A stretch of DNA of 64,000 bases from Torpedo marmorata (taxonomy: Eukaryota), in contig OZ360236.1 of assembly GCA_977017645.1 (NCBI GenBank), positions 25,358,001-25,422,000 of the forward strand, read 5' to 3'. The position numbers were made by a program, and so were the translations under genes. Every line of letters starts with the position of its first letter. Within the stretch, counting starts at the first letter, position 1. The notes below the pieces were generated by a model. It did not search any database, had not been told where the DNA came from, and was given only the letters and a program-made list of their open reading frames with translations. Shown piece after piece: positions 37,145 through 50,030 of this stretch.

Positions 37145-37484
37145 TGAAATAGAGCTGTAAAGTTAAACATCACTTTGAAGCTATCCTTTCCTCCCTTCAA
37201 GCTGTTATGGGTCCCCAAGACCTGGGAGCACCTAAAAACCTGTAATGCAGGTAAAAAAAAATCTTGCTTAATTATTTAAATTGCCAAACCCCATTCCTTG
37301 CCTGACATTAACTTGAGCTGGATATTGGAGAACAGGAGGCAGGTTGAAGCTTTTTGAAATTTAACTTTAGATTCCAAACTTGGTTAGCTTCTCAAAAAAA
37401 AAAGTAAGCTAACAATGGAGAAGGTTTCATTCAAAATCAATATCCACTGCAAGAATCAAAGCCACAGCAAATATAGAAACTACT

Positions 37485-37708
37485 TGATGCACCATCAATA
37501 ACTCCGAAAGACTAGAAGTTATGTAAAAACTGATAGGCTTTTATTTACATCAGAATGGAGGCACGTCCATGCTGGTCGTCTGTCCTGGACTGGGGAGGGA
37601 GCTGTGGCACAATGGCCTTTATTCAGGGGTCTGTGGGAGGAGCCACAGGCACAGTCAGCAAGGGGCGTGTCCAGACGACTACAAACATATATACAGTGGT
37701 TTACCACA
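37485..37708 (-). mobile_element. Solo LTR (224 bp) related to the Gypsy element at 58-62 kb
   Basis: Minus strand TGTGGTAAACCACTGT...ATTGATGGTGCATCA resembles the 62254-62497 termini; 5-bp TSD CTACT at 37480-37484 and 37709-37713. Confidence 0.9.
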
Positions 37709-37833
37709 CTACTGAAATTGGAAAGGTAACTAGGAAAATAAACAACGAATTTCATGACTTGTTCATGACAATAAATTCTGAAACCATTGAAAGACAAGCA
37801 ACAGTAAAGCAGTTTGAAACAAAATCATTCTGC

Positions 37834-37887
37834 GAGAGAGAGACAGAGAGAGACAGAGAGAGAGACAGAGAGAGTGACAGAGAGAGA
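37834..37887. repeat. (GA)n/(GAGACAGA)n microsatellite
   Basis: Directly visible. Confidence 0.9.
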
Positions 37888-40338
37888 TATTAAAGAGATG
37901 AACAGAGAAATCAAAAGAAACAGTGCAGAACTAAAAAAAGTGCTAATTTGAAAATTGGCACCAAATATTAGCTGCTATTTACTAACTATGAATTTTAGTT
38001 GAGCATCTCCCATCAGAAAAATCGCTCCATAAAAAGCAACCAGGAACAGAACAATAATCTTGTGACTCATGATTCAACCTTCCTTCCTTCAACACAGATA
38101 AACACTTCCTCCAAGTGGCCCTTCTGTGGATTAGATTTGGAGTTTCCCATTTGGGAAATTGTGGAGGATCATCTCAAGAAGGCAAATCATGAAATGTTAA
38201 ATACATAATATTGAGCCTTCTTTAACTACAACCTTTTTCTCAGTAGAATTATTCATTTAAGTGCACAATTCTCACAACATCACTGTTATTACTACTGAGA
38301 AACGATTCTTGTTAGTTAGCTTTTCCTGAAATATTTAAGTAAATTGCAACTTATTGCCAACTGACTAAATGAGTTGTAACATAACGAAATAAAGGAACCA
38401 CATAACTGTTGATAACAAGTTTTCAATCAACTGTCAAAGCAACAATGTGCATTTAATTTCTGGAATCTGCAAGGTTAATGTATATATTAATTTGCTCTTT
38501 GCAAGGGCTGCTCGCAAAATCAGCATTTATTGCCTATCCAGAGGTCCATTTGTATTGCTGAGACTCATGCTCCAAATGGAGGCAATGGAAGCCTTTAGTA
38601 TTTTGAACAATAAACAAAAAAAAAAAATCAGTTGAGTCAACAAAATACCTGCAGAACTCAGATTGATTCAAGTCCAATGTCATGACACCCATTTTCCAGC
38701 AGACAGGGTTGCCCAAGGCTTTGGCAAATTATTACCTTTACTTATGATACCAATAACAAATCTAATTCCAAAACTATCCAGTCATCAGCTTCAACAGTCA
38801 CCCGAGTAAAGTGACACATCATGAAGAACATACTTCAAAGACAAAAAATAAAATACAAAATAAAAAACAAAAATTGCTGAAGCACACAACATTTGTGAAA
38901 GATTAACAGTTAATATTTCAGCTCCTTTCATCGGAATGATGCTGCCTGACTCTGCTAAGTATTACCAGCATTTTCTGTTTATATTTTGCAGGTGCGATTA
39001 GGAGCTTCTAGGAATGAACAGTGGGATTAAGAGTAACAAATGCAATAAACTGAGTCTTCACCGAACAAAGGCCAGAATAATAAAAGGACTGACCACAAAT
39101 TTGATCAACTTTAAGGAGGCCTTTAATAGGACAGAGCATGATATACTGCACCTGAAAATAAATGGGGAATTATAAAGGTAATTCAATCCTTTTGTAAGAA
39201 TTCATATAGTGCAGTATTTGTGTGTGAAGTTCTTTGGAAAACTTCTTAGAAAATTTCAGTTCCATTTCTACCCAGGAAGGGCGATTCATTAACTTATCAA
39301 AATGTAATAATAGGAGTAGATTACGTATATTAATCGCCCAATAATAGAATCTAAAATCTGGAAGTGATAGTCCTCCATTCCTTTTAGTCTTTTGAAGATG
39401 GGCTTTATTTATACGTGGTTGTTTTCCTTGCTATATGTATGAAGAAATAAACGAATCTAATGAACTAAAAAAGGATTTAGGAATGAAAATTGGTAAAGCT
39501 TGAAAAAGGTACAAATATTTAGGCAAAATGTTCATTTTAATCGAATTGATACATCCTATCATTGTAATAGATAAGGGTGACCATCCCGATAATAGTACTT
39601 TTATCTGATTGAGTAATACCAAGAAATTTTCTTTCAATAAATTTTTATAGCTTTTCGTAATTGTAATTCCTAAATATTGAAATAGGTCTTTCACTATTTT
39701 AAAAGGGAAATTAGAATAGCTTGAAAAAGATCCTTTTAAGGATAATAGTTCACTCTTGTGCAAATTTAATTTATAACCTGAAAACTGGCTAAATTGGGCA
39801 AACAAAGTTAATATCTTTGGTATAGGAACCTCAGGATTTGAAATAAAAAGCAATAGATCATCTGCATAAAGAGATACTTTATGTTCGATTCCACTTCTAG
39901 CTATTCCTTAAAATTCTCTACACTGTTGGAGAGCAACAGCTAAAGGTTCCAGTACTATATCAAAAAGCAAAGGACTTAACGGGCATCCTTTCCGCGTTCC
40001 CCTATTAAGCCTAAATAATTTTGATTGTTGTAAATTAGAACGAATTGAAGCCATTGGGCATAAATATAATAATTTAATCCATTTGATAAAGTCTGGACCA
40101 AAATTAAATTTTCCTAAAATTGCAAATAGATATTCCCATTCCACCCGATCAAACGCTTTCTCAGCATCTAATGAGAGAACACATTCGGTTGCTGGGGTGG
40201 AGGGTAAATATAAGATAATCAATAATCTATTTATGTTATAATAAGAATAACGATTTTTAATAAAACCAGTTTGATCAGAGTCAATAATTATTGGTTGAAT
40301 ATTTTCTAATCTGCACGAAAACCTTAGATAGATTCTTC

Positions 40339-42327
40339 TTTTTTTAAAAAAAAATTTATTTAAAANNNNNNNNNNNNNNNNNNNNNNNNNNNNNNNNNNN
40401 NNNNNNNNNNNNNNNNNNNNNNNNNNNNNNNNNNNNNNNNNNNNNNNNNNNNNNNNNNNNNNNNNNNNNNNNNNNNNNNNNNNNNNNNNNNNNNNNNNNN
40501 NNNNNNNNNNNNNNNNNNNNNNNNNNNNNNNNNNNNNNNNNNNNNNNNNNNNNNNNNNNNNNNNNNNNNNNNNNNNNNNNNNNNNNNNNNNNNNNNNNNN
40601 NNNNNNNNNNNNNNNNNNNNNNNNNNNNNNNNNNNNNNNNNNNNNNNNNNNNNNNNNNNNNNNNNNNNNNNNGAACAGCTATAAGGAAATTTTATTGAGG
40701 AACACAGGTTCGCCGGTCAGATCTGATATCCAGAGATCTTCAAATCCTTAGACCCACAGTTTTTATATATGGGCTCCATATTTTCAAAAAGAAATTATAT
40801 TTGTTACGTAAATAATAAGTAATTTTTTCAAGTGGTATAGCTGAACGAAGTTCTGCATGTCATCTTTCTAACCCTAAATCTACATCAGATTTCCATGTAA
40901 TAGTCATCCGTATTTGGCACATATATATTCATAAGTGTCCACATTTCTGAATATATTTGACAATTTATTAAAACATATCTTCCTGCAACATCTATAACCA
41001 CAGATTGTATTTTAAAAGGTAACTTTTTATTAATTAATATAGCAACTCCTTTTGCTTTAGAATTAAATGAAGACGCTACCACTTGACCAACCCATTCTCT
41101 TTTCAACTTCTGATGTTGTTTCTGTCAAATATGTCTCTTGTAAAAAAGATATATCAACTTTTAACTTTTTAATCTATGCTAAAGTTGTCTTCCTTTTAAT
41201 CGGATTATTTAGTCCATTTATATTTATACTTACTACATTTATTGATTTACTATCTGCCATTTCTAATATTTAATAACTCTCCATCAGACCTACCGGTTCC
41301 CCTTCCACATTTGTAATATATTTGACATCTCCTTAGAAAAGAAAGGAAAAGAAGAAATAAAAAGAAAATAAAAAACTAAAGAACCCACTATATATAATAC
41401 TGTTATATTTACACCAGTACTACCACCCTCCATTGTTCGGGAAGTTGCCCTCGCCACTAAGGTGATGTGTGATTAGGTATGGAGAAGACAAAACGTCCAC
41501 CCCGCCCCCCCACCCCCCAACAGATTTTACCTGGACCTTCAATGTTACTTTGTCCACAATATTTGTATATTTTTTCATATCCTGTTTAATATCTTTCATT
41601 TCTTCCTTAACTTCATTAAATCCACGTTGCATACGTTGATTCAGTATTGACATTTGATTTGTTAATTTATCCATAGCTTGAATAATAGTAGCTGATAATT
41701 CTTGTTTACCTTGAAGTATTTGAGCCTCCTCTCCTCCACTTATTTCTTCTTGCTCCTCTCCCTCCATCTCTTGTATCTCTCCCTCCAGTTCTTCATATAT
41801 TTCTTTCTCTCTCCATTTATCCTCTGACTCCGTTGATGATGATAATTCTTGTCCAACATCATATTGATATGAATGAAGGACTTTTCTTTTGCTGTCAACC
41901 TTAGTTGACAGCTCCCGTTCTTTTTCGCGCATGCGCGCCATTCTGCGCATGCGCGGTCGATCAATCTCCCATTGTAGTTCTTTAGTCTTCCTTTGAGCAC
42001 CAGTGCCATCTTCCCCAGCTCCCCGGAGAGGTGGCACTGGTGCTGCAGCCGTCCTTGTCCACGTCGCTCTAGGAGGGAGAGAAACTTGATCCCGTAGCTC
42101 CATCAACAAGGTAGGCCGATCTTCTTCTTGAATTAGAGTTTCTTTAAGCAATATTTTCTTTAACTTTTGTTGCTTCCTTTTTCTTGTAGACATTCTTGAA
42201 TAGTTAACAGATGTTCTTAACTTCTTTAATAAACAAATAAAGTTTTTTTTTTAAAAACAGTTTTTGATTTATTCTGTAGGGAGAGGTGTATTCCATGTCT
42301 CCAACCTACGCCATCACGCCACGCGTC
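40339..42327 (-). mobile_element. Nested, internally deleted L1 derivative (5' UTR, ORF1 N-terminus, ORF2 ends only, 3' UTR, poly A)
   Basis: Imperfect 12-bp TSD GATAGATTCTTC (40327-40338) / GATATAATCTTC (42328-42339); ORF1 from 42193; ORF2 ATG 41260; endonuclease NIYVPNTDD fused to the C-terminal ITWKSDVDL at 40903/40904. Confidence 0.8.
40366..40672. other. Assembly gap (307 N)
   Basis: Run of N. Confidence 1.
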
Positions 42328-45300
42328 GATATAATCTTCATATCCACATTAAGTAATGAAATAGGTCTATAAGATGCACATTCTGTTGATTCTTTCCCTT
42401 TTTTTAAAATAAGAGATATACTCGCCTCATTAAAAGATGAAGGAAGCTTCTCAGCCTTAAATGAGTTTTCAAACACAGAGTTTATGTGGGTTAGAAGCCA
42501 TTTGGAGAAAGATTTATAAAATTCAACAGGAAAGCCGTCTGGTCCTGGAGATTTACCAGACTGTAGTGAGGAAATAGTGATGGATATTTCCTCCTGTGAA
42601 ATAGGTGTCTCCAGACTTGCACGTCTGTCTTGAGAAAGCACAGGTAAATTCAACTGATCTAGGAACTCCGACATTGAAGCACAATCATTATTAAATTCGG
42701 AGGTATAAAGGTTAGAATAGAATTCTCTAAAAGTCTCATTTATTTTAAAATAATCTGTTGTCATTTTACCATCTCTCATCCGAATATTATTTATTTGTTT
42801 TTTTAACAGAAATTCCTTTTAATTGTCCAGCTAGTAACTTACTAGATTTTTCACCATGAATATAAAAAATACCTACTCCTAAACAATTGCTGTTCAATTG
42901 GGTAGGTAGAGAGAAGATCAAATTTAGTTTTAAGTTCTACTCTTCTCTTGTATAAATCCAGGGTTTTATTTTGAGCAAATTGTAAATCAATTTGTTTAAT
43001 CTGATTGATTAATTCTAACCTTTCCTTGTTAGTCTTCTTCTTAATATTAGCAGTATAAGAAATAATTTGTCCTCTTACATATGCTTTTATTGTGTCCCAA
43101 ACAATCAAGTTGGACATCATTGGGGAGGAGTTAGTAGTAAAAAAAAACTATTTGTTTCTCCATAAAATTTAGAAATTCTTTATCTGCAAGAAGAGTAGTG
43201 TTAAATCTCCATTGTCTTTTTGTAAACGGAATGTCATAAAAATTCAAATTCAAGATGACAGGGGCATGATCAGATATAACTATTCCTTGGTACTTACATG
43301 ATTTGGTCAAGGAGATTAATTGGTTGTCAATTAAAAAGTAATCAATTTTAGTATAAGAACGATGCACGTTAGATAAAAAAGAATATTCTCTGTTAGTGGG
43401 GTTTAAGAAACGCCAACTATCTGTAATACCAAAATTTGATAAAAAAGAACGAATTACAGCTGCAGATTTAGAAAGGGTTGTTAAACTAGGAGAAGAATGA
43501 TCTAAAACCATATCTAAACAGCAGTTAAAATTGCCTCCCAAAATCAATGAGTAATGGTTTAAATCGGGTATAACTGAAAATAATTTTTCAAAAAATGCTG
43601 GTTCATCGATATTTGGGGCATAGACATTAGTCAATACAACCAGCCTATTATATAATTTCCCTATAAGAATAATAAAACTACCTTGTTTGTCTAAAATACT
43701 ATTATGAAGAACAAATGGGATATTTTGATTAATTAATATCGAGACTCCTCTAACTTTGGCATCAGAACAGGAGTGAAAAAATTCTCCCTTCCATCTGAAC
43801 ATTAACCTATCCTTGTCAGAATTTCTAATATGAGTTTCTTGAAAAAAATGATATCTGCTTTTAACTGTCTAAGATGTGCCATTACTCTATGCCGTTTAAT
43901 TGGCCCATTCAAACCTTTGACATTCCATGAAACTATATTAATTGGAGTCATCTTCCGATTAAATAATTAATGTAGTTGCAAATGGGCGAATGTCCCAGCC
44001 ATCCCCACCCAGCTCTGGAGGCCACAACTTCCGATCCAAAATAAAAAGTAAAGCATGAAATATCGGTAACATTGCCAACCTAACTAATTCCCTAATAAAC
44101 CCCTCCCCCTTCCAGCCCACCCCGTTCTGAAGATCTCCAACTGAAGTTGAGATCTTCTCTATTGAAAAAAGATAACCCCAAATACTTTGTTGTTGATCTT
44201 TATGCTCCTTAATATAAACCAACAACAAAAAAAACCCAGATTATTTTAAAAACAAGGATTGTTAATACTCTCCACTTCAAAATAAATTCTTATATATTTG
44301 ATAGAAATCCTTTTTATATAAAAGACCCAGCCAGTCATCAAATGTACTTCCTGAGTACATACATGTACAGTCCCAAAACCTAACAAGAGCAAAATTCATA
44401 TGTTCTTGGCAACTTACATAATCTAAACAATCATCAGTAAATTACAGTATTCTGGTACTGTACTAAAATAACTCAGTCTCTAAAAAGAGAAAAAAGAAAG
44501 ACCCAGGTGAAAAATTTCAATGCGCATGCGCAACCAATCCCTCTACATACAGATTATTGAATTATGTATGCATTCTCATACATAACAACCATCATTTAAT
44601 ACAACACTTCATTAATAGCATATCCCACTTATAATAAATTTACAATATCATTCAGTTTAAATGCAATAATAAAACAAACATCATTAAGTATTAAAACTGT
44701 ATTCAAGGCCTACCTAATCGAACAAAGTTCGGTATCTAAAAAAAAAATCCCCAAACATGAAGGTCTCTAATGCGCATGTGCAAGGGAAAAAAAACCCTGT
44801 TCGCACAAAAAATTATCTAAGAGGAGTTACCTCCATCAAATCAAACTTAATAAAACCTCTAAAACTTAACATAGACAGTTATTAAAAATAAATCCTGTAC
44901 ATTATCAAATATTTAGTACATACCAATAGCAATTTAAAATTTAGTGTCATAAATATACATACATTCTATGCACATGCGCAATAGTGTTTCTTCAAACATA
45001 AGCATCGGCCGCCATTTTCTTTTTACCCACTAAACTAAAACCTCAGACATCTTGTAATCACCATTATCTCAATGCGCATGCGCGAAAAAAAAACCCGTTC
45101 GCAAAGCAAAGCAAAAATAATCTAAGAGGAGTTAACCTCCATCAACTCAGATTTACTGAAACATCTAAGGTTTAACATAGACAGTTATTAAAACTAAGCC
45201 TTGTACATTATCAACTATTTGATACATTCTATGCTCATGCACAATAGAGAATCTTTAAATAAAGACATCGGCTGCCATTTTTTTTCCCTTTATTTTCACT

Positions 45301-46255
45301 AAACTACCTCAAACATCTTTTAATCACCATTTTCTCTATATTTTGCACTGAACTAAAATAACACACGTTTCCCAAATCGCCATTTTGTCTCGTTCTCGTC
45401 TGAACAAAGACATCCTATCTACTTCAAATCACCATTTTGTATTTATTATGTCTTTGTTCTCAGCTCGACTAAAACAAAACATCTATTCCAAGTCGCCATT
45501 TTGTCATTGTTCTCATCTAAACTAAAACTTAAACAAACACCTAACTCAAATCGCCATTTTCTCTTGTTCTGATTTAAACTAAAACAGTTTAATTATTACT
45601 AAATCGTCCTTTTAAATTCAAAACTATAAGGCTGTTTACAAGTTTATTAATTATTCAAACTAAAATCATTTAGATTGAATCTACAATCAAGTCATATTTA
45701 TCCAAGAGAGAGAATTAAACCTACTAAAAAAAAACCTCATATCAATTCTTGCCATGCTAGTGCAGAAAATCCATGTATTCTAAACGACTCTTGAGAGAAA
45801 AAAAAAAGAATTTATCTATCCATTTCAACTTAACAATGTAAGTGAAACATTACCCCATCAGTTGTCTGAACCAAATCTTGTTATATTACCAATTATCCAA
45901 TTAACAGACAAAACAGCAGAACGCCCGTTCCCAAATGGTATCAACTCCCTTGGAAGCAAGAAAGTTAACTCATTCCTGGCACCGGCAGATCAGAAGCTGC
46001 AGAAATAAGGTTTGGAAGGGCTGTTCGAGCTTGTTTTTCAGTGTTAAAGTACATTCTTTGTCCATCCTTCGAAATAATTCTCAGTCGAGCCGGATACTGC
46101 ATAACTGGTTTAAGTCCTTCTTTGAAAAAAATCGTCATAACATCATGGAATTTCTTCCTCATCTCTATCACTTCTGGGCAAAGATCTTCAACCAACCTAA
46201 TAGGTTGGCCCTGGTAATTCAAGTCCTTCTTCCGACGAGCCGCTTGAATAATCTG

Positions 46256-46951
46256 CATGGAATAAGCTGTGCCAGTCGTTAGCTCCTGCCAACACTTAAT
46301 AATTTCCACTTCTAGACCTAGCTTTTTTTGCACCAAGGTGCTTGAAGTTTAGTGGAATTGTCTGTTATTAATATTAATATTGAGAAAATGTTGCCAAAAA
46401 CTGCCAAGAAAACTAAAGAAACGAAGGAACCTGAAGTTGAAGAGGAGGCACCCTCTGTTTATGAAGTGGTCTCCGGAATGATGAAGACACAACTCCGAGA
46501 AGTTAGGGATAAATTAATGGAAGCCATGCGAAGCTTGGAGGATAAATTTGATAAATCCATAGCAGCAGTGCCAATTTTAGAAAGATGTATACAGGATTTG
46601 GAGACTGCTATAGAAGTTAATACAAGTTCGCTGGAAGACAGAATGGGAAAGCTCGAAGCTATCGTTATAGAATAGGCTACCAGTAATAAATGTTACTGTC
46701 TCGTTTGGTCAACCTGGAGGGCCGAACTAGATGAAACAATATCCGTATTCTGGAAATCAAAGAAGGCATTGAGAAGGGGAAGTCTCCTGTACAAGTTTTC
46801 ACCGAGTTACTTACTGAGTTATTTGGAAATGAAGCTTTAACTGGAGACCTCTTACTTGATCGAGCACATCGAGTTCCCTTTCCAAGGTAGTTTTCTGGAG
46901 ACCGTCCAAGAGTGGTAATTATCTGTGGCCATTATATTCATCAAAAAGAAC
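46256..46951 (+). pseudogene. Inverted L1 5' UTR + ORF1 N-terminal half
   Basis: Coiled-coil, then NLEGRTR*NNIRILEIKEG, LDRAHR, RPRVVII..HYIHQKE. Confidence 0.85.
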
Positions 46952-47199
46952 TTTTGAAAATCAAAGTACATCATATTCACCAGTTAGCCCTCATTACTCA
47001 TTGATTTATTTATCTTCCCAAATGGAAGATTTATGAGTCATGGCATATTGCTTAGAAAACCATCTAAAAACATCTGGTCTTTTGTTTAAGAAGAGCAATG
47101 ATAACAAGCAGTAGAGTTCTTGTGGTGTTGGATAATTCTCCACTATTATCAGCCAATCTTACATGCATTCTTTAGAATGGATTGTGAATACAGTGGTTC

Positions 47200-47640
47200 A
47201 ATTTGTCTAGTTTCCTTACTTGAGAGAAAATATACTGGCTTTGGAGGCAGTGAAGTGGAGGTTCATCAGAGGCATATGAAATTTCAAAGGAAATAGACAA
47301 GACCAAAACAGGCAGGTTGCTTCCACTGGTAGGTGAGACTAGAAGTTTCAAGATTTGGGGAATAGATTTGAGGTACAGATAAGGAGGATCTGCTTCTTCT
47401 CAAGATTAATGAATCTGTGCAGTCCTCTGCCCAAGGAAGCAGTGGAGGTCATCTCATTGAATGTACTTAAGATGCAGACAGATGAATGTTTGAAGAATGG
47501 GGGAATTAAGGGTTAGGGGGAAAAGGCAGGTAAATGGAGCTGAGTCCACAACCAGATCAGCCATGATCTTATTGAATGACGAAGGAGCCTTGTAGAGCCA
47601 TATGGCCAACTTCTGATTCTCTTTCTTATATTGTCCTCTC
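47200..47640 (+). mobile_element. Old CR1 3' fragment
   Basis: PYLRENILALEAVKWRF-like frame; GATCAGCCATGATC 3' UTR. Confidence 0.65.
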
Positions 47641-47751
47641 CCAGTGAATGGTAACAATACTTTATCCTCCTTATAATTTTCAGAGTAACACTGAATTTAA
47701 CTAGATCAATGCCCTTGAAACATTGTTATTGCCTGTAAATACTTTTATAGT

Positions 47752-47754
<3 letters not shown>

Positions 47755-47786
<32 letters not shown>
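47755..47786. repeat. (AG)n microsatellite
   Basis: Directly visible. Confidence 0.95.
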
Positions 47787-47789
<3 letters not shown>

Positions 47790-48089
47790 GCAACATGGAG
47801 AATGCCAAGCAGAAGTCGCCTCTGGTTTATTATGATGTATTCTGCTACAACTGCACAAACTATTGATAAAAAGAAGAGTTTGGGAAATAGTGGTGGAATA
47901 TTGAAGAACAGCTTTCAAAAATGACTTGGATAAATACCTGATGTCAAAAAAAATGTAGAGAAATAGGAAATGAACCAGTCTGTGGGTGTATGAATGTAGA
48001 GGGCTGAAGTCAGCTCTTGCAGCAGATAGACTAATTTCTATTTAAAAGAGCCATGCTGACTTCATGGCTTTTGTAGCCATCGTAGTTTG

Positions 48090-49382
48090 TCTATCGTAGC
48101 AACAAGTCTATGGCGGATGTCATCTCACAAAGCCCTGGAACACCTGGACAGTAAAGATACATTCATCAGGATGCTCTTCATCAACTACAGTTCGGCATTT
48201 AACTCCTTCATCCCCTCAAAACTGATCAGCAAACTCCAAGACCTGGGACTCAACACCCCACTGTGTAATTGGATCATGGATTTCCTCACCTCCAGACCAA
48301 TCAGTGAGGATTGGTAAGAACATTTCCTCCACAATCTCCATCAGTACCGGAGCATCACATTTTTAGCCCCCTGCATTTTTAGCCCCCTGCTCTACTCAAT
48401 TTACACCTACGACTGTGTGGTTCAGTACGACAATAACAGCATCTACAAATTTGCCAACAAATCCACGGTAGTGGGTTGTATAAAGAAAGGTGATGAGTCA
48501 GCATAAAGAAGGGAGATTGAAAACTTGGGCCGAATGGTGCACCAACAACAACCTTGCACTCAATGTCACCAAAACTAAGGAGCTGATTGTTGACTTTAGG
48601 AAAGGAAAGCCAGAGGTACACAATCCAGTGATCATTGGGGGATCAGAGGTGGAGAGGGTGAGAAAATTTAAGTTCTTGGGAGTCAATATCTCGGAGGATA
48701 TTTCCTGAACCCAACACCCTAATGGCATCGAGAAGAAAGCACGTTAGCGCCTCTTCTTCCTCAGGAGTTTGCGGAGGTTTGGTATGACACCAGAAACCCT
48801 GGCAAATTTCTACAGTTGTGTGGTGCAAAGTGTGCTGTCCAGTTGCATCACAGTCTGGTATGGGGACACCAATACCCCTGAGCGTAAAGCCCTGCAAAAG
48901 GTAGTGGACGCAGCCCAGGAGATCACAGGCAAAACCCTCCCCACTATCGAGAACATCTACAGGAAACGCTGCCATCGGAGAGCAGCAGCAATCATCAAGG
49001 ATCCACACCACCCAGCACACGCTCTGTTCTCGCTGCTTCCATCAGGAAAGAGGTATAGGTGCCACAAGACTCGCATCACCAGGTTCAGGAACAGCTGCTA
49101 CCCCTCCACCATCAGACACCTCAACAACAAACTCAATCATGGACTCATTTAAGGACTCTTACTTGTGCACTTTATTGATTTTTTTTATTCTCTCTGTATT
49201 ACACAATTTGTTTACATTCATTATCTGTTTACAGTTCTTTATTTCTTTACATGTATACGCTGTGTATAGTTTTTTTTTGCACTACCTATAAGAGGTAATT
49301 CTGCCTCGCCCACAGAAAAAAAGGATCTCAGGTTTGTTTGTGATGTCATGTATTTACTCTGACAATAAATCGGAAATCTGAA
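48090..49382 (+). mobile_element. Rex1/Babar LINE RT fragment with 3' end
   Basis: [37 protein letters not shown]; tail ACAATAAATCGGAAATCTGAA. Confidence 0.9.
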
Positions 49383-49519
49383 GTCTCCTCTGTTTTATAC
49401 CGATGTACAATTCTGAAGAAATTCAACTTCAAACTCATCGGCATCATCACAACACAATGGAAACGACCAAATAAAGCCTTTGAGAGTTCCAAAAGAAATC
49501 TTGGAAATATACAAGAGTC

Positions 49520-50030
49520 ATCCCAAAGCTTTCTCGCTATCTGCAAGGTACAAGCGAGGAGTACAATGTTATATTCTTCATTTTCCTGGATGAATGCAGT
49601 ACCAACAACTCTCAAAGAGCTCAACATGATCCAAGACAAAGCAGCTCACTTGTTTGGTACCCCATCCACCATCTTGAACAGTTATCCCTCCTCCCTTGGT
49701 GCAGTGGCTGCTGTATGTGCTCTCTACAAAATGCCCGGCAGTTGCTCATCTCGGCCACTCCAAAATGATGATCTCCTGAACTTGCAAGTCTTTACCTCCA
49801 GTGAGGACAAAGACAGCAAGTGCCTAGGAACACCACCAACTGTACATTTCCTTCCAGTCGCCCATCATCTTGGAAACATATCACCAGCCCTTAATGTTTG
49901 ACAGGTTTAATTTCTGAACTCCCTCTGCACAATGGATAAAAATGACAATTGTGGTTCAAGTGTGGGATCATCACCACCTTTTAAAGGCAATAAAAGCTGG
50001 CCCCTCCAATAATGCTTGGGATTCAATGAA
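49520..50030 (+). mobile_element. Old CR1/L2-group LINE 3' fragment
   Basis: YSS..W..A..TTLKELNMIQDKAAHLFG-like C-terminal frame; GGCAATAAAAGCTGGCC end. Confidence 0.5.

Larger units (their letters stand above)
39230..46951 (-). mobile_element. L1-clade LINE, near full length: ORF1 with an inverted 5' part, 2-kb spacer, decayed ORF2; 3' end missing
   Basis: ORF2 from ATG 43951 (MTPINIVSWNVKGLNGPIKR), NVYAPN, IDYFLI, SDHAPV, KSPGPDGF, YRPISLLNVD, SLDAEKAFDRVEW, GCPLSPLLF; ORF1 C-terminus YPARLRI at 45965-46255. Confidence 0.9.

Noticed and set aside
45370-45615. Regularly spaced short repeats that look superficially like CRISPR
   Set aside because: Eukaryotic L1 spacer; the repeats are degenerate, the intervening sequences are related to each other, and there are no cas genes
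48357-48390. ~17-bp tandem duplication in a Rex RT (another, ~22 bp, at 53172-53218)
   Set aside because: Ordinary slippage or repair scars in dead elements
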